A DNA stretch of 33,931 nt, from the sequence record DRR723986_4705; one strand, 5' to 3'. Numbering within the stretch: position 1 is the first letter of the stretch; each line of letters opens with the position of its first letter. The notes beneath the pieces are model-generated. The model was given only the letters and a program-made list of their open reading frames with translations, did no database searches and was not told the origin of the DNA. Positions 18,080 to 26,531 of the stretch are shown here, one piece after another. The position numbers and the translations under genes were made by a program.

Positions 18080-18558
18080 TGAATATTACTGGCCTGCTGC
18101 ACATCAATATCAATTGTCGTGATTTTGAGCGCTCCAAACGCTTCTACGAAATGCTCGGCTTCAAGGTGATCATGCCGGTGGCGCCTTCCGGCAGTGGCGA
18201 TGTCGCCGCGGCGGTCGGAATGGAATCCTATGTCATCCGCGGCGCTTTGATGAAACACCGCAGTGGTACCGTCATCGATCTGCTGGAGTGGCAGGAACCC
18301 CGCGATGACAGCGCACCCTACGCCGAGATGAATCACCCCGGTATTGCGCGGATTGCCTTCACCAGCGTCAATATCGATGCAGATATGCGTACCCTCCAGG
18401 ACGCCGGCGTCGCGTTCCTGTCCGCCGTACCCGCTTCTGTGCCGGGTCCGAAAGGTACGCCGGTCCGGTTTATCTGCTTCAAAGACCCGGACGGGACAGT
18501 GCTCGAACTGGTTGATATGGGTGAGACTACTGATTCCAGCGCGGATCCCGGCCTGTGA
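18079..18558 (+). CDS. VOC (glyoxalase-like) family protein
   Basis: HININCRDFERSKRFY..LGF and FKDPDGTVLEL; TGATG coupling to the SDR stop. Confidence 0.88.
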   Translation: MNITGLLHININCRDFERSKRFYEMLGFKVIMPVAPSGSGDVAAAVGMESYVIRGALMKHRSGTVIDLLEWQEPRDDSAPYAEMNHPGIARIAFTSVNIDADMRTLQDAGVAFLSAVPASVPGPKGTPVRFICFKDPDGTVLELVDMGETTDSSADPGL

Positions 18559-18603
18559 GCCGCCGCGATTTTAAGAACTCACAATTTATGAGGACAGCCG
18601 ATC

Positions 18604-19773
18604 ATGCCTGATTCGCGGGAACTGGATATTGTCATCTACGGGGCCACGGGCTTCACCGGCAAACTGGTGGCCGAGTACATGGCGGAACACGCCGGCCTGG
18701 GACTGCGCTGGGCGATGGCGGGGAGGAACCTGGAGAAGCTGGTAGCAGTGCGCGACGAAATCGGTGCCCCCGCGGATACCCCACTGCTCGCCGTGGATGC
18801 CAGCGACCAGGACGCCCTGCGTGACATGGTCGGCAAAGCCAAATGTATCTGCACGCTTGTTGGCCCCTACCAGAGGTTTGGCACGCCCCTGGTCCAGGCC
18901 TGCGCCGAACTGGGTACGGATTATGTCGACCTGTCCGGCGAACCTGTCTGGATGTACCAGATGATTCGCGACTACCAGCAGACCGCCTCAGACAGTGGTG
19001 CGCGCATCGTTCACAGCTGTGGCTTCGACTCCATCCCCTTTGACCTGGGCGTTCTCTATTTGCAGCAGGCAGCTCGCGAGCGCTTTGGCGTACCCTGCCA
19101 GCGAATCCATGCCCGGGTCAGGGCGATGAAGGGCGCGTTTTCCGGTGGGACAGCCGCCTCATTGAATGCCACGGTCGATGCGATAGATCGCGAACCGGCA
19201 CTCGGCAGCATCATGAATGACCCTTTCTGCCTGGCGGAGGGTTTCAGTGGTCCGCAACAACCCGCTGATGACCAGGTTTATGAGGATCCGAACATCGGCC
19301 AGTGGGTGAGCCCGTTCATCATGGCTATTATCAATACCAAGAATATCCATCGCTCCAATGCCTTGCTCGGCCATCCCTATGGCACCGATTTTGAATACGA
19401 CGAGATGATGGTGGCCGGCCCGGGTGAGAAGGGCAGGGCGGTGGCACAGATGATTGCCAGCCACAACCCGCTGGTAGGTGAGGGTGCGCCCAAGCCCGGA
19501 GAAGGGCCGTCGAAAGAGATCCGTGAATCCGGCTTCTTCGATGTGCTGCTGATCGGTGAAACCAGCGATGGTCGGGAACTGCGCGCGGTGGTCACCGGTG
19601 ATCGCGACCCCGGTTACGGCTCCACATCACGGATGATCGCCGAAAGCGCGGCCTGCCTCGTTGAGGATTGCTCCGGCCTGGCTGGCGGTATTTACACCAG
19701 CGCGCCGGCCATGGGTGAGAAGCTGATCCAGCGGCTGCAGGCTCGGGCCGGGCTGACTTTTTCCCTGGAGTAA
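18604..19773 (+). CDS. Saccharopine dehydrogenase-like / trans-acting enoyl reductase family
   Basis: YGATGFTG, AGRN, VGPY...G, YVDLSGE, CGFDSIPFDLG, SGGT, DPGYGSTS. Confidence 0.88.
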   Translation: MPDSRELDIVIYGATGFTGKLVAEYMAEHAGLGLRWAMAGRNLEKLVAVRDEIGAPADTPLLAVDASDQDALRDMVGKAKCICTLVGPYQRFGTPLVQACAELGTDYVDLSGEPVWMYQMIRDYQQTASDSGARIVHSCGFDSIPFDLGVLYLQQAARERFGVPCQRIHARVRAMKGAFSGGTAASLNATVDAIDREPALGSIMNDPFCLAEGFSGPQQPADDQVYEDPNIGQWVSPFIMAIINTKNIHRSNALLGHPYGTDFEYDEMMVAGPGEKGRAVAQMIASHNPLVGEGAPKPGEGPSKEIRESGFFDVLLIGETSDGRELRAVVTGDRDPGYGSTSRMIAESAACLVEDCSGLAGGIYTSAPAMGEKLIQRLQARAGLTFSLE

Positions 19774-19803
19774 ACACACGACGAGCGTTGCTCAGGATTT
19801 GCT

Positions 19804-20910
19804 ATGGACGGTGATACGGTGGCGCCCCTGGTGCTGCATGGTTCGAATATTTCCTACTTCACCGGCAAGCTGGAGAACTACCTCAGGCTGAAGGGTATTC
19901 CCTACACCTTGAAGAGTGTGGATTTGCCCGGTGATGCGCGTCGCTTCAGACGCGAAATAGGCGTATTCCAGGTGCCAGTCGTCGAGTTGGCAGATGGGCG
20001 TTTGCTCAGCGACACCACGGCGATCATCCAGTGGTTCGAGGCGGCAAATGACGCCTGGCCGATCCTGCCGCCGGATCCTTTGCAGGCCTTTGTCTGCCGA
20101 CTGTTGGAAGACTATGCCGATGAGTGGTTGTGGCGACCTGCCATGCATTACCGCTGGCATTACGCAGAAGGCGCCCACCTGCAAAGCCGCCACCTGGTGG
20201 ATGAGCTTATGTCCGGGATGCCGCTCCCGATCCCACTGAAACGCTGGTTTATGCGCAACCGGCAGCGCCAGGGCTATACAAGCGGGGACGGGATTACCAG
20301 TGAGAATGTTGCCGGTGTCGAGGCGATCTACCTGCGGACCCTGGACCAGCTACAGGTCATCTTCGATCGCCGGCCGTTTATTTTCGGTGATCGGCCGAGC
20401 CTCGCGGATGTCGGTTTTTCCGGTCCTTTCTTCCGCCATTTTGCCCTTGATCCCGTACCGCTGGAGATCCTGCGTAACCGGGCACCGGCGGTGTTGCAGT
20501 GGGTGGCGCAGCTCTGGAATACGCGCCTCGATGCAATCACTGGTGACTGGCTCACCGGGGTGCCCGATGATCTCGGCCCGATACTCGACGAGATTGGCAG
20601 CAACTACTTGCCCTATCTGTGTGCCAACGCGGATGCCGTTGCCGCCGGGAACAAGCGCTTTGACGTCGAGCTTGCCGGGGTGGCCTACCGCGGTGCGCGT
20701 TATTCACGCTACCGGGTCTGGTGTCTGCAGCAATTGCGTTCGCAGTTTGAGAGCCTCGACGATCAGGCTGGAGCCGCAGCGCGGGTGCTTCTGGAAACCC
20801 ATGGCTGCTGGGAACCGCTGTGGCGCCAAGAAACCTTACCCCTGTTACCTGGCCAGGAGCAGGGCCTGCCATTTCGGGCTTCCACCAAGATGATCGGCGT
20901 TAACGAATAG
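19804..20910 (+). CDS. Glutathione S-transferase family protein (long form)
   Basis: SYFTGKLENYLR, QVPVV, DTTAII, DEWLWRPAMHYRW, FIFGDRPSLADVG. Confidence 0.82.
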   Translation: MDGDTVAPLVLHGSNISYFTGKLENYLRLKGIPYTLKSVDLPGDARRFRREIGVFQVPVVELADGRLLSDTTAIIQWFEAANDAWPILPPDPLQAFVCRLLEDYADEWLWRPAMHYRWHYAEGAHLQSRHLVDELMSGMPLPIPLKRWFMRNRQRQGYTSGDGITSENVAGVEAIYLRTLDQLQVIFDRRPFIFGDRPSLADVGFSGPFFRHFALDPVPLEILRNRAPAVLQWVAQLWNTRLDAITGDWLTGVPDDLGPILDEIGSNYLPYLCANADAVAAGNKRFDVELAGVAYRGARYSRYRVWCLQQLRSQFESLDDQAGAAARVLLETHGCWEPLWRQETLPLLPGQEQGLPFRASTKMIGVNE

Positions 20911-20921
20911 GAATTAAGCCA

Positions 20922-22010
20922 ATGAGAATACTGCTGGTCCTGATTTTTGCAGTTGTGGCCCTGGCGGCAACTTCCAGTTTCCTGCTGTCGCGACCTGTTG
21001 TTGAAGGTCGCCTTGATCAGGCGGCATTTGAGTCGATGTCGCTGGCACCCGTGGATCGCGCGCTGACCCTCGCCAGGAACCGCGCGGGCAGGACCCTGCT
21101 GGTGACGGCGGTCGGTCTGCATGGTATCGAGGCACTGGATGTGCAGGCGGCTTCGGGTAGCAGCATTACTGACGCCCTCGATGCTTACCGGCAGCTGGGC
21201 ACGCAAGGTTTGCGCGCCTTGTACGGGACATCGCCAGCGCTTAGCTATAAATGGGAAGAACTGGCCATGCCGGTTGCAGCAGGCTATCCGCATGTGGCGG
21301 CCGGCACCAATTACCGTGAGCATGCGGATGAGGTGGGGCACGAGGGCGATCCGTTCCTGTTCCCGAAGCTGTCGCATGCGACGGCCTGGGACAGCCCGGT
21401 ACAGGCCGGCACTCGGCTCGATTACGAAGTTGAGCTGTGCGCTGTACTGCTGACCGACCACCAGCCTGCTGCTGCCGCGGAGCTTGGCTATGTCTTGTGT
21501 GGCGACTATACCGACCGTTGGCTGCTGGTCAGGGATATCGATCTCGACGGCGATATGGGCTATACCGGGTTTCCGCTTGGCAAGGGTGGCGACAGTCGGC
21601 TTCCCATAGGACCCCTGTTGCTATTGCCCCTGGAACAGGACTTCTACCGGGAGCTGGAAATCAGCCTGTATGCGAATGACGTGCTGCGGCAGAAGACCCT
21701 GGCCGGGGAAATGATCTGGCCACCATTAAAGCTGCTTGACGAGACCCTGGCCCAGTGCCGCTCGGCTTATCACCTGGAGCAGGAAATCATCAATATTGCG
21801 CCATGCGACCATGTTCCGGCGGGCTCATTGCTGATGACAGGAACCCCGGGCGGGGTTCTTTTTAATCCGGCGACGCTGTGGAATCCCTGGCTATACCTGC
21901 GCAAGGGGGATGTGGTGACCAGCTTTGGTGCCTACCTCGGCTGGATGCGCAACGAAATCATCGCTCCCCAGGTCGCCCTGTCAGCCGGCGAGTCCCCGGT
22001 TCCTGAGTAA
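20922..22010 (+). CDS. Fumarylacetoacetate hydrolase family protein with N-terminal signal or anchor
   Basis: GTNYREHA, PFLFPK, LDYEVEL, K.....PIGP, TGTPGGV. Confidence 0.82.
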   Translation: MRILLVLIFAVVALAATSSFLLSRPVVEGRLDQAAFESMSLAPVDRALTLARNRAGRTLLVTAVGLHGIEALDVQAASGSSITDALDAYRQLGTQGLRALYGTSPALSYKWEELAMPVAAGYPHVAAGTNYREHADEVGHEGDPFLFPKLSHATAWDSPVQAGTRLDYEVELCAVLLTDHQPAAAAELGYVLCGDYTDRWLLVRDIDLDGDMGYTGFPLGKGGDSRLPIGPLLLLPLEQDFYRELEISLYANDVLRQKTLAGEMIWPPLKLLDETLAQCRSAYHLEQEIINIAPCDHVPAGSLLMTGTPGGVLFNPATLWNPWLYLRKGDVVTSFGAYLGWMRNEIIAPQVALSAGESPVPE

Positions 22011-24002
22011 GGGCGTTACCTCCGCGTCACGGCCCCGGAACCGCCGGTACAGCTCCATCGGGTCCGCACTGCCGCCACGCTCCAGTACGTTCTCCCGAAA
22101 CGCCAGCGCGGTATCGCGGTCGAACAGGCCGTTCTCCAGGAAAGCCTCGAAACCATCCGCATCCAGCACCGCAGCCCAGATATACACGTAGTAGCCGGCG
22201 GAATAGTAGTTATCGGAGAAGATATGCTGGAAGTAGGATGACTTGTAGCGTGGATCAACCGACTCGATGAGATCAATGTTGCGCATGGCCTGCCGCTCAA
22301 AGGCGTCGACGTCCTCGGGGATATCACCTTCCAGCTGGTGCCAGGCGAAGTCGAGATAGCAGGCGGCGAGGTATTCGGTGGTGGCGAAGCCCTGGTTAAA
22401 TGTTTCGGCGTTGCGGATCTTCTCGATCAGTTCGTCGGGAATGGTCTCGCCAGTCTCGACATGTTTTGCGTAGGACTTCATTACCTCGGGCTGCACCGCC
22501 CAGTGTTCCATAATTTGAGATGGGAGCTCGACAAAGTCCTGCTTGACCCGCGTTCCGGCCTGGCTTTCGTAGCGTACCTGGGACAGCAGACCGTGCAGGC
22601 CGTGGCCGAACTCGTGGAACAGGGTGCGAACCTCGTCCATCCCGAGCAGGCAGTGCTTGCCCTTGGGGAAATTGCAGCAGTTGACGATAATGGGACGCAC
22701 TTCTTCATCGAGCCCTGATTGGGCGCGAAACTCACTCATCCAGGCACCACTGCGCTTTGTGGAACGCATGTAGAAGTCGGTGATAAAGATGCCGACCAGC
22801 GAGCCGTCCTCGTTTCTCACTTCGTAAGTGGTGGTCTCCGGGTTGTACCTGGGAGCATCCGCAAGCTGGTGAAAGGTTAGGCCGTACAATTTCTTCGCCA
22901 CGGCAAAGACACCTTCCAGGACGTACTCCAGGAGGAAGTAGGCTTTGACTTCTTCTTCGTCCAGGCCGAAACGCTCCTCGCGTAGTTTTTCGGCGTAGAA
23001 CGCCCAATCCCAGGGCGCCAGTGTGAAGCTGTTGCCCTCAGCGTTGATCATCGCCTGGAGGTCGGTGGCTTCCTCGCGCACCCTGGCGTGGGCCGGAGCC
23101 CAGATTCTGTCCAGTAGTTCTTTTGCTCTGGCCGGTGTGCCTGCCATGCGGTCATCCAGCATGTAGTCTGCGTGGTTGGAGTAGCCCAGCAGCTTGGCGC
23201 GCTCAGCGCGCAGTGCGACAATGTTTCGCAACACCTGCTGGTTGTCGTAGCTATTACCGTTGCTGCCGTTATGCGTATAAGCCCGGTAGATCGCTTCCCG
23301 AAGATCACGCCGCTCGGAGAACTGGAGAAACGGCGTGATGGATGACCGGCTGGTGGTGATCACATACTGTCCTGCTTTGCCGCGCTGCTCGCCCTCCGCG
23401 AGGGCAGCTTCACGCACAAAGTCGGGTAAGCCGGCAAGGTCCGCCTCGGTGCTCAGCACCAGTTCATACTGGTTGCTGTCGTTAAGTACGTTCTGCCCGA
23501 ACTGGGTTTGCAGTGTGGCCAGTTGTTCGTCGATCTCAGCCATACGGGCCCGTGGTGCCTCGGCAAGCTGCGCTCCGTGGCGCAAGAATCGATTATGCAC
23601 CTCCTCCAACAGGCGGCTCTGGTCCGTCTCGCGCTCTTCGTCACTGTCGTAGACAGTGTTTACTCGCTGGAAAAGTGCCTGGTTGGTGTAGATAGCACTT
23701 TCATGCTCCGCCATGCGCGGCATGATCTGCATTTCCAATGCCTGTAGCGCATCGTTGGTATCGGTGCTCGCAAGGTTATGGAAAACCGCGTCGACTTTAC
23801 GCAGCAGCGCGCCGGCGCGCTCCATGGCAACAACCGTATTTTCGAAGTTTGCAGACTCCTCCTGCTCACAAATACTGGCAATTTCCTGTTTGTGCACACT
23901 GAAGCCGCGTTCAAAGGCTTCTGCCAGGTGCGCCGTTGTGACGCTTTCGAAGGGTGGTATGCCGAACGGGGTATTCCAGCTTTCGAAGAAGGGATTAGTC
24001 AT
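21981..24002 (-). CDS. dcp: M3 family metallopeptidase (peptidyl-dipeptidase Dcp-like)
   Basis: NPF....PFGIPPF N-terminus, KRSGAWM, zinc motif LFHEFGHGLH, DFVELPSQ, YSAGYY; ATG 24002. Confidence 0.9.
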   Translation of the reverse strand: MTNPFFESWNTPFGIPPFESVTTAHLAEAFERGFSVHKQEIASICEQEESANFENTVVAMERAGALLRKVDAVFHNLASTDTNDALQALEMQIMPRMAEHESAIYTNQALFQRVNTVYDSDEERETDQSRLLEEVHNRFLRHGAQLAEAPRARMAEIDEQLATLQTQFGQNVLNDSNQYELVLSTEADLAGLPDFVREAALAEGEQRGKAGQYVITTSRSSITPFLQFSERRDLREAIYRAYTHNGSNGNSYDNQQVLRNIVALRAERAKLLGYSNHADYMLDDRMAGTPARAKELLDRIWAPAHARVREEATDLQAMINAEGNSFTLAPWDWAFYAEKLREERFGLDEEEVKAYFLLEYVLEGVFAVAKKLYGLTFHQLADAPRYNPETTTYEVRNEDGSLVGIFITDFYMRSTKRSGAWMSEFRAQSGLDEEVRPIIVNCCNFPKGKHCLLGMDEVRTLFHEFGHGLHGLLSQVRYESQAGTRVKQDFVELPSQIMEHWAVQPEVMKSYAKHVETGETIPDELIEKIRNAETFNQGFATTEYLAACYLDFAWHQLEGDIPEDVDAFERQAMRNIDLIESVDPRYKSSYFQHIFSDNYYSAGYYVYIWAAVLDADGFEAFLENGLFDRDTALAFRENVLERGGSADPMELYRRFRGRDAEVTPLLRNRGLAG

Positions 24003-24108
24003 AGGGTCGGTTGTCGGGGGTTGGGCCCGCAAACATACCCCAGACCGTGTCTGACTGCCAGAGTGGGTGCTGGACCAGCCGCGCCAATGGCCGAGTTACC
24101 GGGTGTTA

Positions 24109-25323
24109 TTACGGTAATTCGAATGCCGAGAGGTCCGGCTTGACCGCTCGTTCCCGTTCCAATTCAAGCTCGTAGATCGCTCGGCCCAGTTCGCGCAGGA
24201 AGGGGAAACCGATACTGTCGTACTCATAATCGTCGTCATTGAAGATGCCGTTGGCATTGCTGTAAACCGTGGCGGCCAGGATGAATTCCACACCCCGCTC
24301 AAGGTCGACGATATAGGCGGCGTCGCTCAGGAAGCCGTAGGCCTGTCCCGATTTGTTGAAGATGCGAATATTGGCGGGGATGGTCGGCGCGTCACCGCCG
24401 TACAGGAGAAACTTCACATAGCCATCAGGATACTGTTCTCGATCTGCGTATTCCGAGATACCGCTGCTGGCGGGAGTGGCTGACATAGCCCGGTAAATCA
24501 GCTGGTAGTCCTCGTCGGTCAGGTTCAGCCGCCGTTGAGGTGCAACGGCGCCGGGGAACAACAAGGTCAGCAGCAGGTCGTGCTGCGCCTGCAGGGGGTA
24601 GGCATTCTTGCCGGCGAAGTCCTTGGGTCCGTTGATGAGTTCTCCGGCGGACATCTCCCCCCTGCCGAGCAGAATGGGGTTGGCGGCGCGCAGGCTCGTC
24701 GCACTGCCTTGCGCGGGTTGCCTGTAAATCGTCTGCCCATTGTCGAGGAAGCGGATTTCGGCGGTTTGCCGGTTCTCCTGCTCGCTGAGTGCCCTTTCCA
24801 GACGGTGGACAATTCGCGTATCGGCGAGCTCGTGATCGCGCAGAGCGGCATTGAGCTTGTCATAGCCGAGGAATTCATAGAGCCGGTTATAGGCCTCGTT
24901 ATCGCTAACGAGCAAGATTTTCCGCACGTCGTCGGCGATGCTCGGGCAGTCACTGGCTGGGACTGGATCGATACACATGGGTGTATCGCGAGTCACGCCG
25001 TCGATAGCGAGTGCATTAAGCCGCTGCAGGGCAAAGAGTGCCGTTGGCAGTTTGACCGTGCTGGCGGGATAAAAGTACTCGGCCCCATTGGCCCGGTAGG
25101 TATAGCTGGTAAAGCTGGGGCTGTTATCGGCAGCCCGTTCGATGCGGGTGTAGATGACCTGGAGGCGGTGGCGCTGGGGGTGTTGCACCGCCGGGCCAAA
25201 CCGGGCCGACTGGCCCAGCAGAAAGTCGGCCAGTGAGCCATCAAATGCCGGTCGTTCTGCCTTAGCGGTCATGGCAAGCAGGATCAGGGTACTCAGTATT
25301 GCCCGTTGGGATAAATGCAGCAT
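24109..25323 (-). CDS. Serine hydrolase, class A beta-lactamase-like fold, exported
   Basis: SxxK (PASTVK), SDN and KSG motifs; signal peptide ending AKA. Start uncertain (ATG 25323 versus GTG 25371). Confidence 0.82.
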   Translation of the reverse strand: MLHLSQRAILSTLILLAMTAKAERPAFDGSLADFLLGQSARFGPAVQHPQRHRLQVIYTRIERAADNSPSFTSYTYRANGAEYFYPASTVKLPTALFALQRLNALAIDGVTRDTPMCIDPVPASDCPSIADDVRKILLVSDNEAYNRLYEFLGYDKLNAALRDHELADTRIVHRLERALSEQENRQTAEIRFLDNGQTIYRQPAQGSATSLRAANPILLGRGEMSAGELINGPKDFAGKNAYPLQAQHDLLLTLLFPGAVAPQRRLNLTDEDYQLIYRAMSATPASSGISEYADREQYPDGYVKFLLYGGDAPTIPANIRIFNKSGQAYGFLSDAAYIVDLERGVEFILAATVYSNANGIFNDDDYEYDSIGFPFLRELGRAIYELELERERAVKPDLSAFELP

Positions 25324-25495
25324 GGACACAGTATCTATCGCGTTCTGCGCTGCCGCAATGCTCTCCGCCACGGCTGGGGTGGTCCGCGAAACAGGTTTCC
25401 CATGACAATCCCGCGACAGGCATTTCTAAGCGTGACAAGGCCCGGTAGTATGGCGTCCTCGGGTCATTGAACCGACATGGTAGGAGATAGCTCTT

Positions 25496-25942
25496 ATGTA
25501 CCTGAAACAAGCCTCCCAGTTTGGATGTTGCCTGGCACTGCTGCTGGCTCTGCCTGCCGCCGCCTGGAATGATTACGTGGTTGCCGCCTGCAGCGGGGAA
25601 TCGGCCGATGCCGATAACAGCCGCGCAGCTTGCCACGCCTATATCGAAGGTTTTCTCGATGGGGCGCTGGTGACCGATACGGCGATCGTGCAGAGCGTGG
25701 AAGATGATGACGCGGTGGTGTCAGACTTCTTTGAGCGCGCTTACAAAACCCGGGTAAACCGGGAGCGGCGTCAGTTGCCGGCCACCGCGCTGGCGCACTT
25801 CTGTATCGAGGAGGAGACAGACCGGGCGCTGGTGGTGGAAACCATCGCCGCCGCCCTGATCGAAAGTCGCGACTCCTCCCTGGCCATCTCCGACCGCCTC
25901 TACGTCATCCTGCAGCAGAAATACCCCTGCCCGGAAGACTGA
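25496..25942 (+). CDS. Exported Rap1a/Tai-like cysteine-containing protein
   Basis: Signal peptide; pattern C...CHAYIEGFLDG...FC...L...YPC; GGAG RBS. Confidence 0.6.
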   Translation: MYLKQASQFGCCLALLLALPAAAWNDYVVAACSGESADADNSRAACHAYIEGFLDGALVTDTAIVQSVEDDDAVVSDFFERAYKTRVNRERRQLPATALAHFCIEEETDRALVVETIAAALIESRDSSLAISDRLYVILQQKYPCPED

Positions 25943-25965
25943 TTCCGCGCCGGGCGGCGTGAGCG

Positions 25966-26376
25966 TCAGCGTGTACCTTGGGGCGTGAGGTCGAGGCGCA
26001 AAGCGGCGAGGCTTGCCTCGGACCACTCGGCGCTCTCCTCAAGGTTGCCCCAGACCGGGCGTGGCCAGCAGGCATCCCCGGGCTTGCGCCCAACGAGGTG
26101 TAAGTGCAGCTGGGGCACCAGGTTGCCCAGTGCTGCTGTATTGACTTTCTCAACTGCAAATTGCCGGCGGATGTAGTCCGCGATGCTCGCCGCATCCTGC
26201 ATCAGTCGGGCGAGTTGCTCAGGTGGCAGCCGGAGCAATTCCTGCTCGTCCGTGTCAGGCACCAGAATGAACCAGGGTAGTATCGCGTTGCGGTGTAGCA
26301 GCAGGGTGCTAGAGGCCCGCTCGCCGAGCAGGTGGCAGTCGGCCAGCAGCTGAGGGTGGATGATTCTGTCTGTCAA
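25966..26376 (-). CDS. HIT domain protein
   Basis: PWFILVP, KVN..ALGNLVPQLHLHLVGR..GD..WPRPVW. Confidence 0.88.
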   Translation of the reverse strand: MTDRIIHPQLLADCHLLGERASSTLLLHRNAILPWFILVPDTDEQELLRLPPEQLARLMQDAASIADYIRRQFAVEKVNTAALGNLVPQLHLHLVGRKPGDACWPRPVWGNLEESAEWSEASLAALRLDLTPQGTR

Positions 26377-26531
26377 AATTTTTGCTCCGGTCGCAATATA
26401 GGGTTATGTCGGAAACGATGGTGCATAAACAGTTTTTGCTGATATGGAAGCAAGGCGTGATTTTTCATTTTCTAAAATCGGTGAATGCGTTATCGTTTGT
26501 GATCAAAGTATATCCAATCTGGTTTTAGCCG

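Noticed and set aside
24109-25323. Bona fide antibiotic-resistance beta-lactamase
   Set aside because: It has SxxK/SDN/KSG, but is much longer than class A enzymes and I cannot confirm the omega-loop ExxLN motif; only a fold-level call is supported.
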